A stretch of DNA of 64,000 bases from a virus. Made by a program: the position numbers and the translations under genes. Shown piece after piece: positions 16,293-28,400 of this stretch; positions within the stretch are counted from its first letter, which is position 1, and each line of letters opens with the position of its first letter. The notes under the pieces were generated by a model that ran no database searches, was not told the DNA's origin, and saw only the letters and a list, made by a program, of their open reading frames with translations. The stretch lies in IMG/VR virus record IMGVR_UViG_3300021373_003070; one strand, given 5' to 3'.

Positions 16293-17795
16293 ATGTCATA
16301 TTATTCATTAGGTGAAAGCTTTAAGTGGTTCATAGCGAGAGTTGTGGACAATAAAGATCCTGACTTTTTAGGTCGTGCCAAGATACGCGTGATTCATGAT
16401 CAGACCGGCGAGCTCGGTAAGAAGAAGAAGACATTCGGCCTGAAAGACGAAGACTTATTGTGGGCGTATCCAATCTCAGCCATTCAGTCGGCTTCTCTTT
16501 CTCATAAGAAGGTCATTGAACTCGAAGACTATCCTGTACCAGATTGGATCGACGCCGTCGGTTTGTCTCCAACAGGTATCGCGATTGGCACATATGTCTT
16601 CGGCTTTTACCTCGATGGAGCAGAGCAGAACATACCACTCATCTTCGGTACCTATCATAAACTCTCAATGTTTCCAGAACCACCAACAGATCCACAGACT
16701 GGCGAGATGTTGCAGACAGAGACACCAGAGGAGTTTAAGTTATATAACGACGTTGCTGCATTGGCCAAAGGATTCATCTATGATCCGGAAGCAGAAGAGT
16801 CGAGGCCGGGTCAAACACTGCCAAAAGAACCCTATGCGGTCAGTTCGTTGTGGAAGGACGATCCAAAGAGTCAAGCTCCAATTGACGAGTTTGTGACCGC
16901 CTATAATGCAGAGTATCCTTATAATACAACATATACGACCAAAGCAGGTCATGCCCTCGAGCTGGATGACACCATTGGTGCAGAGAGACTTCATATATGG
17001 CATAAGTCGGGTACGTACGAAGAGATCTCCTCTGGCAATAATCCACAAATCGATGATGATGACAGCAAAGAGTGGCCAGCAGATGGTCCTGTCGGCTATA
17101 GCTATGTGACTGCTGGTGGTATTACAGAGGACGAGTATGACGGCCGTCGTAGTCAAAAGACAATGGATTCGTCGTTCGAGGTGGTGGTCAAGGACAAGAA
17201 CGAACTCTACCTACGAGATCATAATGGCGAGGTGGCCAATACTCAGACCATGCGTGTCGGCAATACACAGCTGTTTACGATCGGCCATCAGGCAGTCACC
17301 GGCAATCGTATTAATGACAACGGCGAGACACCCTATTCGAGCGGTGGTCTTGATGTCTACAACTCATACTTCGATGTGGCCAATAACACGACTCAGACGA
17401 GCGGCAACAACTTCTCATTACAAGTTGGCTTTGGTCCGGATACAGAGTATCGCTTTACAGAAGAAGACGTGACCAATGCCTTCTTTAATATCGCGAATAA
17501 TAGCTTTACAGACATTGGCAATAATGACATCGTCAATATCGGCAATAATCAGATCATCACCATTGCCAATAATCAAACAGTCACCATCGGATCGAATTGT
17601 ACCATTATAGTACAGGACAGTGCCTCCATTACAGTGACCAATACCACCGACATCTACTCTGGCGGTAAGATGACGATTGGTAGCGGTGCAGAGGTTGAGA
17701 TCAATGCACCGGTTGTCGATATTAATGGTAGCAGCTCAATTACCATTACTGGTGGAACGGTCGACGTCGATGGTTCAAGGATTGACCTCAACTAA
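16293..17795 (+). CDS. gp5: baseplate central spike gp5 (OB-fold plus beta-helix, no lysozyme domain seen)
   Basis: WFIARVVDNKDP..LGR.KIR..WA..VFGFYLDG..Q.P..G; YPYN..T.AGH.LE.DDT.G.ER.H.H.SGT; C-terminal IGNN repeats, ends RIDLN. Confidence 0.9.
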   Translation: MSYYSLGESFKWFIARVVDNKDPDFLGRAKIRVIHDQTGELGKKKKTFGLKDEDLLWAYPISAIQSASLSHKKVIELEDYPVPDWIDAVGLSPTGIAIGTYVFGFYLDGAEQNIPLIFGTYHKLSMFPEPPTDPQTGEMLQTETPEEFKLYNDVAALAKGFIYDPEAEESRPGQTLPKEPYAVSSLWKDDPKSQAPIDEFVTAYNAEYPYNTTYTTKAGHALELDDTIGAERLHIWHKSGTYEEISSGNNPQIDDDDSKEWPADGPVGYSYVTAGGITEDEYDGRRSQKTMDSSFEVVVKDKNELYLRDHNGEVANTQTMRVGNTQLFTIGHQAVTGNRINDNGETPYSSGGLDVYNSYFDVANNTTQTSGNNFSLQVGFGPDTEYRFTEEDVTNAFFNIANNSFTDIGNNDIVNIGNNQIITIANNQTVTIGSNCTIIVQDSASITVTNTTDIYSGGKMTIGSGAEVEINAPVVDINGSSSITITGGTVDVDGSRIDLN

Positions 17796-18103
17796 TGCCG
17801 GCTGCAGCGAGAAAAGACGATACGGCCAATCATGTTCCAGCAGCAGGTTGGTCGGTTCATAAAATTACAGAGGGCTCTGGTAATGTCTTTACGAATAATA
17901 AACCAGCAGCCAGACTCGGCGATAAGTTAACGGATCATGCCGACAGTAGCTCGACTCACTTTCCAGATACTCCGGTACCAGAGATATCGAAGGGATCGAG
18001 CACCGTCTTTATTAATGGTAAGAAGGCAGCACGAGTGGATGACGATATTAATTGTTCGTCAAAAATATTAGCAGGATCAAGTAACGTTTTCATCGGCGGA
18101 TAA
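17795..18103 (+). CDS. PAAR spike-tip protein (gp5.4-like)
   Basis: MPAAARKDD..GS.NVF.N.KPAARLGD..H..GSSTVFING..AARV.D..C..GSSNVFIG. Confidence 0.92.
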   Translation: MPAAARKDDTANHVPAAGWSVHKITEGSGNVFTNNKPAARLGDKLTDHADSSSTHFPDTPVPEISKGSSTVFINGKKAARVDDDINCSSKILAGSSNVFIGG

Positions 18104-18130
18104 ATAAGAAAAATAGATGGGTAATCTCTC

Positions 18131-18565
18131 ATGAGTGCACGTATAGTACGCAATAACGAAACGTATAAACAGTCCAGTCGAGTCGATGAATTCTACTCGG
18201 ACTTTAATCATACATTTCGAGCACATCCTAATACAGGACAGATTGGCAGAAAAACAAACGTTGATGCTGTCAAGCTTGCTCTACGTAATCTTATTCTGAC
18301 CAATAAATATGAAAGACTACGCAATCCAACGTTTGGTGGTAATATACGTCGATATCTTTTCGAACCTATAGAACCACGTATCGAAGACGAAATAAAACAG
18401 CATATCGAATTTATGATCGACAACTTCGAACGGCGAGTCAAGCCAATCGATATTAATGTACGAGCCAGCGAAGAAGATCAAGCTGTCTATGTCAATATTA
18501 AGTTTTATGTCGTTCAAAACAAAGATCCACAAGAAGTAGACCTCATCCTCTACAGAATAAGGTAA
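18131..18565 (+). CDS. gp25: baseplate wedge / sheath initiator gp25
   Basis: YSD...HP.T..NVDAVK..LRNLILT..ER..P.FG..I..LFEP..I...E.RV. Confidence 0.92.
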   Translation: MSARIVRNNETYKQSSRVDEFYSDFNHTFRAHPNTGQIGRKTNVDAVKLALRNLILTNKYERLRNPTFGGNIRRYLFEPIEPRIEDEIKQHIEFMIDNFERRVKPIDINVRASEEDQAVYVNIKFYVVQNKDPQEVDLILYRIR

Positions 18566-18569
18566 TCAA

Positions 18570-20366
18570 ATGGCAGCGAGTAACGATCTCACAACTCTCG
18601 ATTTTACGTCAGTCAAAGAGAATCTAAAGACTTACTTAAAATCACAAACACTCTTTCAGGACTATGATTTTGAGGCGTCTAATATTAATGTTTTATTGGA
18701 CATATTGGCCTATAACACGAATCTCAATGCCTTTTATCTGAATATGATCAGTAACGAAATGTTTCTTGATACAGCGTTACAGAGAGATTCAATTATCTCC
18801 CATGCGAAAGAGCTGAACTATTTGCCTCGTTCATTTAGATCGGCGGTGGCACAGATTAATATTAGTCTGCAGGATAATAGTACTAACGCGACTATTTTGA
18901 TACCACGTGGTACTACCTTTACAGGTACCTCAGGCAATAAGAACTTTACGTTTAGTCTGCCCGAGAACGTACAGGCCATCTCCACCGGAACCAATCAGTT
19001 CACGGCGCTTAACGTTGATATTTACGAAGGCGACTATACTGCCGACTCCTATGTTTCTAATGACCTCAATCAACCTCGTTATATTATTACCAATAAGACA
19101 GTGGATACAAACAGTATTCGCGTCACGGTCATTGAGGACAACGGTGAAACAACAATCAGCTATAATCTCAAAGACAGCCTGTTCAATATTGACTCCACCG
19201 ATCCAGTCTACTTCCTGCAGGCGGCAGAGAACGATTCATACGAGATTCTCTTCGGGGATGGCGTTATTGGCCGACCACCGAAGAATAACAGTATTGTGCT
19301 GATCGAATATCGTAAGTGTAACGGAGAACTTCCAAATGGCATCGGCACATTCACAGCCGATGATACAGTCGGATCAGCCATTGTGACCGGCATTAAAACG
19401 ATTTCCAAAGCGTCCGGAGGTGCTATACCGGAGAGTATCAGTTCAATTAAGTTTAATGCGCCTCGATCATTTACGACACAAGAACGAGTTGTGACAGCAG
19501 GCGACTATAGTACATTGCTGAAGGCTAACTTCTCAGAGATCAACGATGTATTGGCATATGGTGGTGAAGAGTTTGATCCACCTCAGTTTGGTCGTGTTGT
19601 GATCGCGGTCGATTTAAAGAACACAGACGAATTACCGGCAGCCTTTGTTAATAAGTACGAAGAGTTTATTCGACCTCGTACACCATTAGCCATCTCACCA
19701 GTTTTTGTGAAGCCTGAATATACCTATATTACAGTCAAAACAAATGTCAAGTACAATATTAATCAGACCTCATTGAATATCGATGACATTCGATCACTGG
19801 TTCTTTCAGAGATTCAAAGCTTTAACGCTGAGAACCTGAATGGATTTGACAAGACATTACGATATAGTCAGCTCGTAGCAGCGATCGATAATGCACAGGA
19901 TGCAATTGTGAGTAACGATACAACTGTGCTGGCAACCAAGTTCCTGTCATATGACACAGCACGACAAAACTATACGCTCGATTTTGGTTTAGCCCTCGTC
20001 GATAACTTTGGTGCGAAGAGTAACGTTTACTCTGAGGATATTCCAAGCGCAGTAAAGAGTACATCGTTCGAATTTGAAGGTGTAGAATGTTTCCTCGAAG
20101 ACGACGGTGCTGGTAGTATTAATATTGTAAAATATGATATCTCACAGTTTGATTCACGTCAACACGTTAAAGTTGCCACCGTCGGATCGGTAAATTATAA
20201 CACCGGTGTGATTATTCTGACTGACTTCGCAGTCTCTCAAATATATGGTGGCTTCTTAAAGATCTCTGTTGTACCACAGGACAGAGACATTGTTGGTCAG
20301 AAACGATCTATTCTACGTGTACTCGATTCTGATATTCGTATCGGAGTATCTCAGGTTAGGAACTAA
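18570..20366 (+). CDS. gp6: baseplate wedge gp6
   Basis: LDF..K.NLK.YL..F.DYDFE.S..LLD.LAYNT..NE.FLDTA.QR.S..SHAKEL.Y.P.S..FGDGVIG..Q.R.VT..DY. Confidence 0.95.
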   Translation: MAASNDLTTLDFTSVKENLKTYLKSQTLFQDYDFEASNINVLLDILAYNTNLNAFYLNMISNEMFLDTALQRDSIISHAKELNYLPRSFRSAVAQINISLQDNSTNATILIPRGTTFTGTSGNKNFTFSLPENVQAISTGTNQFTALNVDIYEGDYTADSYVSNDLNQPRYIITNKTVDTNSIRVTVIEDNGETTISYNLKDSLFNIDSTDPVYFLQAAENDSYEILFGDGVIGRPPKNNSIVLIEYRKCNGELPNGIGTFTADDTVGSAIVTGIKTISKASGGAIPESISSIKFNAPRSFTTQERVVTAGDYSTLLKANFSEINDVLAYGGEEFDPPQFGRVVIAVDLKNTDELPAAFVNKYEEFIRPRTPLAISPVFVKPEYTYITVKTNVKYNINQTSLNIDDIRSLVLSEIQSFNAENLNGFDKTLRYSQLVAAIDNAQDAIVSNDTTVLATKFLSYDTARQNYTLDFGLALVDNFGAKSNVYSEDIPSAVKSTSFEFEGVECFLEDDGAGSINIVKYDISQFDSRQHVKVATVGSVNYNTGVIILTDFAVSQIYGGFLKISVVPQDRDIVGQKRSILRVLDSDIRIGVSQVRN

Positions 20367-23236
20367 TGTCGACAAATATTGAAAAATCTGTAAGCAATCT
20401 CGTAGAGGCTCAATTCCCAGAATTTTATCGGGAAGAGGGTCAAATGTTTATTGCTTTCGTGAAGGCATACTACGAATGGATGGAATCCAGTGGTCAGCCT
20501 TTATATTGGGGTCGGCGTCTAGGCGAGTTACGAGACATTGATACAACCATCGATGACTTCGTACTACGATTTAAAAATAAGTTTCTGTCAAATATTCAGT
20601 TCAACACTGAAACAAATAAGAAACTCTTTATTAAGAATGCCCTCGATTTCTATCGAGCCAAAGGTACACCACGAGCCGTTGATCTCTTCTTCAAACTTGT
20701 CTATGGTCTAGAGGCGAGAGTCTATAATCCCGGCGAAGATCTGTTTAAGTTATCGGATAACACATGGCAGAACGAACGTTATCTTGAGGTGATTCCTGCC
20801 GAGACCAATCTGCAATTTGTAGGACAGACTGTCTTCGGATCTTACTCGGGTGCAACGGCTTTCTGTGAAAGATTAGTAAGAGTAAAGAAAGGTTCTAACT
20901 TCATTGAGGTTCTGTATCTTGCTGGATTAAACGGAGACTTTCAGACATTCGAGAACGTTGAAACAAAGAACCTCGAGAATAATGTCACAACACGAATCAA
21001 TGGCTCTCTGACTTCATTCGAAATTCTGACATCAACAGACGGATTCAGTGTTGGTGAACAGGTATATGTTTCAGATGGTACAGGTAAGAAAGCAAGGGCG
21101 TTCGTAAAACAAACGACCGACTATGTTGGTGTTGTAGAATTTAAATTGCTTGAAGGAGGTTGGGGTTATACTCCACAGGCAGAGATTATTGGATCAGAGC
21201 GATCCTTTACGTTCGATAATATTACATTCGAGAATACAGAATGGTTTTATCATACAAATCCAGAAAGACAGTTCTGTCATATTCAACAGGACTTGGCTCT
21301 CGTTGATATCGATGACAGCAATACTGAAATCACTAACCTCGTTTATGCATTATCACCCGGCAACACAACAATCTATGCATATACGAACAATGATCCTGTC
21401 ACAAATCCAACGCCTATCTTCGAAGCATTACTTGTTGATACTAACGATATCAATGACAATATTACAATTAACTATACAGATGCAAACTATCGTGACGCAA
21501 ATGGCGATATCATATTAGATGCAGTCAACGGTATTGAATTATTCGGCAATACCATTACGACATTTTATACTGGTTCTAATAATGGCTATGGTGCAGACGG
21601 TATCGAAATACCTGTTGAAACCAGTGATCCAACTGCGATTACAGATATTAGTGCACAGGCAAACATTATTGCATGGTCAGATACCATGACAATTGCATAC
21701 ACCGACTCTGGTCAGAACATGGCCAAAGGCGATGTGATATATCAGGAAGAACCAATTGCAAAGCAGCGTTACTTCTATGGAACAGTTGCAAATACTTTTG
21801 TCACGATCGCCGATGGTGTACAGACAACTTATGCAAATATAGAAAGACAAGTAGGTTTTCCACGTACAAATAAATCGTTATTCAGAACAACAGACGACAC
21901 AGAATTTACAATTACCAATTTATCGAATGTAGAAGTTGGTTGTATTGGTTTTGGATCAAGTCCAGATCTACAAGCACAACAATATTTTACAGGCTTCGGT
22001 AATGTCTACGGCTCAAATACAGGCTTTCACTCAAGCTCACACGACAGCGCATCTTATACTGACGCAGCAATATTTCAGATCGATACGTTTGAGGAAATAC
22101 AGTCGCTAACACCATGGGCAAGTAGCGAACTACTCTCGACTGAGTTAGATCAAGTGATCACTGGCTCTAGCTCACACGCCAATCTCACAACAGCAATCGA
22201 TTATGTCAACGAGAATGGTCCAACATCGGTAGATTTTGCGACAACAACTTTGAATGATGCACTCTCAGTATCGAGTAATGCAGTATCGATTGGATCTATT
22301 AAGGCTATTGTTGTTACGAGTCAGGGTAGAGAATATGCGCGCGATCCATTCTTCGTTGTTTATGAACCTGATATGTATCACTTCGAAAGATATGATTTCT
22401 ATATTAAGTATAAACTCGAGAACGAATTAAAATCTTTCCGTATTGGTGAGAACATTATTACATTGAACGGTAATCCTGAATCAACAGCACGAATTAAAAC
22501 TCACAATCCACAAACAGGCGAGATCACAGCAGTTAGAATTCATGTATCGGCACGTTTAGATCCACCTGATGACCACATATATCTTAATGATGACTTTAGA
22601 ATTGGTGACAGAATTACCGGTGTGACATCTGATGTATCGGCTGATATTGAAGTTGTAGATGAATTGAGAATGCAATCAAGAACAGGTTTAAATGCAGATA
22701 TTGAATCTACAGCATTTAGTGGTGTAGGCTTTGCAACAGATATTGAAGTATTAGATTCGGGCTTCGGATATTTTGGTAAAAGATTTGTAACTGGTACATT
22801 GACTGAAGGCGAAACACTCAATCTAATATCACAAGAGCAAGACGAAAGAACAATTCAGGCGCTTGGCTTCCTCGGTAAACAAGGTATTGCGCCGGGCATC
22901 CATCCTAATAGAAAGTCGTTTTTGAGTGAAGATAAAGTATTAGCAGATAATGATTTTTATCAGGAATATTCATATCAAGTTTTAACAGCTTTGCCGTTCG
23001 ATAAATACAAGCAAGTACTCGTTGATGTATTGCACGTTGCCGGAACAAAGCCGTTCGGCGGATATGTTGGCACATCTGAAGTGTCACTTGATATACAAGC
23101 TAATACATCAATCAGCGAATTTACTATTAAGTCGTATCCAGTATTTGTTAACGAAAATACATTCTACAATCATACAGCTGAACCAGTAAATACTTTCTAT
23201 AATCAATCAACTTTCTACGCGGCGACAGCGACATAA
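20366..23236 (+). CDS. gp7: baseplate wedge gp7-like
   Basis: QFPEF.REE..F..F.KAYYEW..FY.AKGT..FKL.YG; C-terminal DN.FYQEYSY..HVAG.K.FG; position between gp6 and gp8. Confidence 0.75.
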   Translation: MSTNIEKSVSNLVEAQFPEFYREEGQMFIAFVKAYYEWMESSGQPLYWGRRLGELRDIDTTIDDFVLRFKNKFLSNIQFNTETNKKLFIKNALDFYRAKGTPRAVDLFFKLVYGLEARVYNPGEDLFKLSDNTWQNERYLEVIPAETNLQFVGQTVFGSYSGATAFCERLVRVKKGSNFIEVLYLAGLNGDFQTFENVETKNLENNVTTRINGSLTSFEILTSTDGFSVGEQVYVSDGTGKKARAFVKQTTDYVGVVEFKLLEGGWGYTPQAEIIGSERSFTFDNITFENTEWFYHTNPERQFCHIQQDLALVDIDDSNTEITNLVYALSPGNTTIYAYTNNDPVTNPTPIFEALLVDTNDINDNITINYTDANYRDANGDIILDAVNGIELFGNTITTFYTGSNNGYGADGIEIPVETSDPTAITDISAQANIIAWSDTMTIAYTDSGQNMAKGDVIYQEEPIAKQRYFYGTVANTFVTIADGVQTTYANIERQVGFPRTNKSLFRTTDDTEFTITNLSNVEVGCIGFGSSPDLQAQQYFTGFGNVYGSNTGFHSSSHDSASYTDAAIFQIDTFEEIQSLTPWASSELLSTELDQVITGSSSHANLTTAIDYVNENGPTSVDFATTTLNDALSVSSNAVSIGSIKAIVVTSQGREYARDPFFVVYEPDMYHFERYDFYIKYKLENELKSFRIGENIITLNGNPESTARIKTHNPQTGEITAVRIHVSARLDPPDDHIYLNDDFRIGDRITGVTSDVSADIEVVDELRMQSRTGLNADIESTAFSGVGFATDIEVLDSGFGYFGKRFVTGTLTEGETLNLISQEQDERTIQALGFLGKQGIAPGIHPNRKSFLSEDKVLADNDFYQEYSYQVLTALPFDKYKQVLVDVLHVAGTKPFGGYVGTSEVSLDIQANTSISEFTIKSYPVFVNENTFYNHTAEPVNTFYNQSTFYAATAT

Positions 23237-23260
23237 ATAGATAATTGACAGGTAAAATCC

Positions 23261-25450
23261 ATGGCTAAAACGTTAGTTCCAACAGAATTCAAAACACATA
23301 TTATTGAGCAGCTTATCGAATCAATCGATGAGCAAGCCAACACTGTGTATTATGCTTTCGTCGGAGATCATATTTCTGAAGGTTCAACTGTAGACGAAAT
23401 TACTCAGCCAGTTCAAAACTATAACACCACACAGGTTGATAGCTTTCGAAATATGATATTCGGAAAGAGACTTAATTCAGGTGACATTAAGTTTATGGTT
23501 AATCGATATGACTGGGAAGCAAATACAGTTTTCGAAATGTATGATGATCGAACCGTAGATTTATTTGACAAAAACTTCTTTACTGTGGTTGATGAAAACG
23601 CTTTTAAACATGTATATAAGTGTTTATATAATGCAGACGGTGCACCAAGTACAGCAAAGCCATTGTTTAAAGATGCAAAATATGATGCTGATTTATTTGT
23701 TGAAGGTGATGGATATTACGAAACAAATGACGGTTATCAATGGAAATACATGTATAGTATTGATTCAAAAACTTTTGATAAGTTTGCTACACAAAAATAT
23801 ATTCCAGTCGTTGCGAATACCGCAGTAGAATCAAATGCAAAACCTGGCAGCATCGATGTAATCAGAGTTGCTACAGAAGGTAAAAATTACAATAATAGTT
23901 TCTCTGGTCAATTCCTTGCAGAAGATTTAAATCGTATTACACCAACGATTGCAGCTGGAGCAATTCCACCTCTGGCTGATCCACAGCTATGGTATAGAAT
24001 ACGAGAAGCTTCACAGGTCACTAATTTTTATGCTAATACAGTTATGTCTTTGACATCTGGAACTGGCTCAGGCGAATTTCAGAGAGTCGTTCAGTCACGA
24101 TATGTAACAGGTGTGGGTACTGTTGTAAAGTTGGATCAACAATTTGAAGTTATTCCAGACGATACAACAACATTTAGAATTGATCCAGAAGTAAGAATTA
24201 CAGGTAATGGTAACGAATCAGAAATTGCGAGAGCTCGAGCTATTATCGATCCGGCATCATCTAACAGTGTACTTAAAATTGATATGTTAGAAACTGGTCG
24301 TGATTACGTATATGCGACGGCAGAAGTTTTAGCTGGCGCACCAGCAGACGAGAATCTTGAACAAAATGGTGTTCTCATTGAAACAATATCTGCATCGATT
24401 GTACCTATTATATCTCCACAAGGTGGACACGGTGCAAATACTGCGATTGAACTTGGAGCTAAGCGCGCAGGAATGGCTGTGCTGTTTGAACGTGATGAGC
24501 AAGGTTTGGTTCCAGCTGAGAATTCTTTTGGCCAATTTGGTATTCTACGAGATCCAAAATTTGCTAACACGCAGATTTATTACGAGAATGTAAGTGGTCA
24601 GTTTGTAGAAGGCGAAGAGATCGATCAAATTGTATTCACAGAATTACAAGGCTCGTTCGTTGCAAATACTGGTGTCTTAAGTAAATTCGTCGCACGTGAT
24701 GATTCACTCACAGATCATTACGATACATTCTTTGATGTAGGTGATAAAATCTATATTAAGGATGAACAAACTAGTCAAGTATTTTATACTGAAGTTGCAG
24801 TTGGATCTAATACATCTGCAATTGCACTCAAAGATGAAATATCGTTTTTAGAAGCTGGTTCAGATTTCGAAGTACAGGTATATAAAGCTAAAACAATTGC
24901 ATCAGGTGTAATATCAAATGTAAATCCACCACTGGCCTCAACGCCGGCTGCAGCAATACTTGTAAACGAAGCAGATCCGAACTTTGTTATTAACGAAATA
25001 ATTTATGGTAGATCATCAAAAACAATTGCAACTGTAACTGGTATCGATATAAATAATAGAATAAATGATATTAATGCCACATTTAATTTCTCTGACTTCA
25101 ATCAAATGATGAAGATTCAGGGAACGACATCAGATATGTTTCAAGCTGATGAAGGTGTGACACAAATATCAACACTAGAAAACGCCAATCCGGCAAAAGC
25201 TAGAATTCAATCGTATACAAGCAACCAATTGAATCTAACTCGTGTCGAAGGTGACTTCCAGTCAGGTGGTAATGCTATCACTGGCGATTCTAGTGACGGT
25301 GTCTTCGAAAGCGTTCCCGGTGATACACTAGATATCACCTACGGAGATTTAGATCCAAACTATGGTGCCATCATATATCTGCAAAATGATATTCCAGTGA
25401 CACGGGAAGGCAATCAAACGGAAGAAGTAAGAGTAATCTTGGAGTTTTAA
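23261..25450 (+). CDS. gp8: baseplate wedge gp8
   Basis: RYDW..Y.D..VYKCL.N..ST..P..DGY.WKYMY.I..PQGGHG..ELGA..ends Q.EEVRVILEF. Confidence 0.85.
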   Translation: MAKTLVPTEFKTHIIEQLIESIDEQANTVYYAFVGDHISEGSTVDEITQPVQNYNTTQVDSFRNMIFGKRLNSGDIKFMVNRYDWEANTVFEMYDDRTVDLFDKNFFTVVDENAFKHVYKCLYNADGAPSTAKPLFKDAKYDADLFVEGDGYYETNDGYQWKYMYSIDSKTFDKFATQKYIPVVANTAVESNAKPGSIDVIRVATEGKNYNNSFSGQFLAEDLNRITPTIAAGAIPPLADPQLWYRIREASQVTNFYANTVMSLTSGTGSGEFQRVVQSRYVTGVGTVVKLDQQFEVIPDDTTTFRIDPEVRITGNGNESEIARARAIIDPASSNSVLKIDMLETGRDYVYATAEVLAGAPADENLEQNGVLIETISASIVPIISPQGGHGANTAIELGAKRAGMAVLFERDEQGLVPAENSFGQFGILRDPKFANTQIYYENVSGQFVEGEEIDQIVFTELQGSFVANTGVLSKFVARDDSLTDHYDTFFDVGDKIYIKDEQTSQVFYTEVAVGSNTSAIALKDEISFLEAGSDFEVQVYKAKTIASGVISNVNPPLASTPAAAILVNEADPNFVINEIIYGRSSKTIATVTGIDINNRINDINATFNFSDFNQMMKIQGTTSDMFQADEGVTQISTLENANPAKARIQSYTSNQLNLTRVEGDFQSGGNAITGDSSDGVFESVPGDTLDITYGDLDPNYGAIIYLQNDIPVTREGNQTEEVRVILEF

Positions 25451-25453
25451 TCA

Positions 25454-28400
25454 ATGCCCTTATCTACAAACTTATCAGTAGCGCCTTATTTTGACGATTA
25501 CGACGTCAATAGCGAATACTATAGAATACTTTTCAAGCCAGCTACCGCGGTTCAAGTACGTGAAATGAACCAAATGCAGGCTATTCTGCAAAATCAAATC
25601 GAACAGTTCGGCGATCATATCATCAGATCTGGTAGCATTCTCTCTGGATGCCAATTTGATTTCAATTATTCTATGCCATATGTTAAAATCCTTGATAAAG
25701 CTACACAAGGAGCTGCAGTCGACGTATTACGCTACACTGGTTATTTTGCTGAGGGCGCAACTAACGGTGTTAAAGCTAAAATTACTCACACGATTGCAGG
25801 TTTTGAAGGTTCAGATCCAGATCTCAACACACTTTATCTAAATTATATCTCAGGCGGCACCAACGGAGACGTAGATAGCTTTGTTGAGAACGAAGTATTG
25901 CGCATTTATTCAGGCGACGATCGCTTGCATGACATTATTGTTAACGATCCATCGTCCGGATTCTCAAACTCAGACACTGTTATCATATTATCAGCTATTG
26001 AAGTAGCAAATGCGACTAATAGCGAAGGCGGTTTTAGCTCACCATTTATCGATGGTGAAACTCTTGTTGATAATGTCGTTTCTCCGACTGTTCGAGTGCA
26101 AATTTATGACACTCCAGAAGATATAGACGAAGATAATAGCGTATTATTGCGCATCAAACCTCTTGATAGCGATATGGCACCATCTCCAAACGCCACATAT
26201 TGGGAAAATCTCGAAGAAGCAGGTACTTTGATCGGTTTGACGAGCGGTAATGAAGCTACATTGACGAGATTTCGCGGTGAAGGCGCGACAGGTAAGATTA
26301 CAACGTCACGAACCGGTTCAATTGCTTCAGCAGACATCTCAACAGGCGGTATCGAATACGATATTTTGCCATTTGTTGGCATTTATTCAACAACGGCGAC
26401 CACTTTACAAGTTGGTCAGCTTGATTTACAGGCTCAGGACTATGTAACGCAGGTTCGAGTTGGTACTGGCGCACAATTTACCGATCCGATTGGATATGGA
26501 TTCGGTGTTAAGGTTAGTGAAGGTCAAATTTATCAAAAAGGTCACTTCATGGCGTCGGATGCACAATTTATTGTTGCTTCCAAGTATTCAAATACGCCTT
26601 CCGATCTTTCTGTAGGTTTTTCAACAACAGAATCAATCACAAATGTCTTTACTGACTCAACATTGTACGATAATGCGCGCGGTTTCTCAAATGAAGGTGC
26701 GCCGGGCGCTAACAGGCTAAAATTGACTCCAACGTTAGTCTCTAGAACGACTACCGAAGAAGAAAGTGACCCAGCATATTTGCCTTTAGTTAAGTTTTCC
26801 GAAGGTCGTCCATATTCATTGAACGAAATGACTCAATATGCTCAATTAGGCGAAATGATTGCTCAGAGAACGTATGAAGAGTCAGGAAACTATACACTTG
26901 ATCCATTCAAGATTGTAACAAGATCGGCAAATGACTTTACAGACAGCGATGAGTCATTTACGTACGTCATTGACCCGGGTCATGCCTATGTAAATGGTTA
27001 CAGAGTCAAAACAGTACAAAACTTTGCTAAAACCGTAGCAAAAGGTACTGAAACAAAGTCAGAAACCGCGGTTGGTCAGGATTTAGACTACGGAAACTAT
27101 ATTATAGTCAATAATTTAGTTGGTGCGCTTAATTTTAAAAATGCTGACTCGATAGAATTACGAGATACAGCCGGTACATTCCTTGATGCCGAAACTCCAG
27201 CTCCTTCGCAGGAAGGATCACTAGTCGGTACCGCAAGAGTGCGTTCGGTTACTTACGAGCAAGGAATTCAAGGCACAATAGAAGGTCAATATAGACTATA
27301 TCTGTTTGATATTAGTATGAATGCTGGTAAGAACTTCAAGCGTGATGTTCGATCCATTTATGCAGTCGAAGGTTCATTGGAAGCAGCTGCCGATCTTGTG
27401 TTGTCTTCAGGTAACGAATTTGTATTAAGAACATTACGCTCAGAAGCAAATCAACTTGATGAGAATGGCGACATTGTACCTCTTACATATACGCAGTTAG
27501 CCGAAGTAAAATCTCCACTTAATCAGTCATTGCTTATCTCAACAAGTAAGCCTGTTGTATATAGTGGATCTGGTTTATCAAATATAGAATACACATATCG
27601 AACTGCTTCTGACGATCTTTTAATTGGTGCTACTGGTCAAATCTCTGTAAGCGCTCAAGGTACGGCAACATTCCCATACATTGACACATTAACTACAGTT
27701 CAGCGAAGTGAAGTCATTATCATACCTACTGATTCTGATGTTAGAGATACGGTAGCATTTGGTACTTCAGCTCTAACAGTTGATAGCGCCGGAGCTGATT
27801 CCGAGGGCAATATCAAACTTACAGCTTCATCCGGCATCTTTGGTGGTTTAGAAGTTGGTGATTGGTTCCAAGGTGCAGCCGGTAAGAAAGCACAGATTCA
27901 AGCAATTGTTGGTGCTGACGCAGTTAAAGTAAAAGTGCGAACAAATGTTGCCGATTATCCCGGCCAATCAAGCGAAGCACTATATAGAGTACATCCTGTA
28001 AATGTACCTGTATCACGATTTACTGCAACATGTCCATCACCATATACATCTCTTGTCATTGACTTAGGTTTATCTGGTGTAAATGGCGGTCAGATTTCAA
28101 ATGGTGCTACTGTAGTTTATTTGCAAAAATACAGTAACGTTGCTGAAGTATCAATGACACCGCGACGTAGCAGATTCGTTAGATTAACGACAGCGGGTGC
28201 ATTCAAAGGTAATACACCAAGAAGTCTTGGTATTCCCGGCATCTTTAGACTACGCAAAGTATATAATGGTACAACTACAAGTGATGCTGATATTACGAGT
28301 GAATTTTATGTAGATTCTGGTCAAACTGCAAACTATTGGGGTCTTGGTAAACTCTTCCGAACAGATGATGCGTCTACTACATTGGCCGGTACAATTCTTG

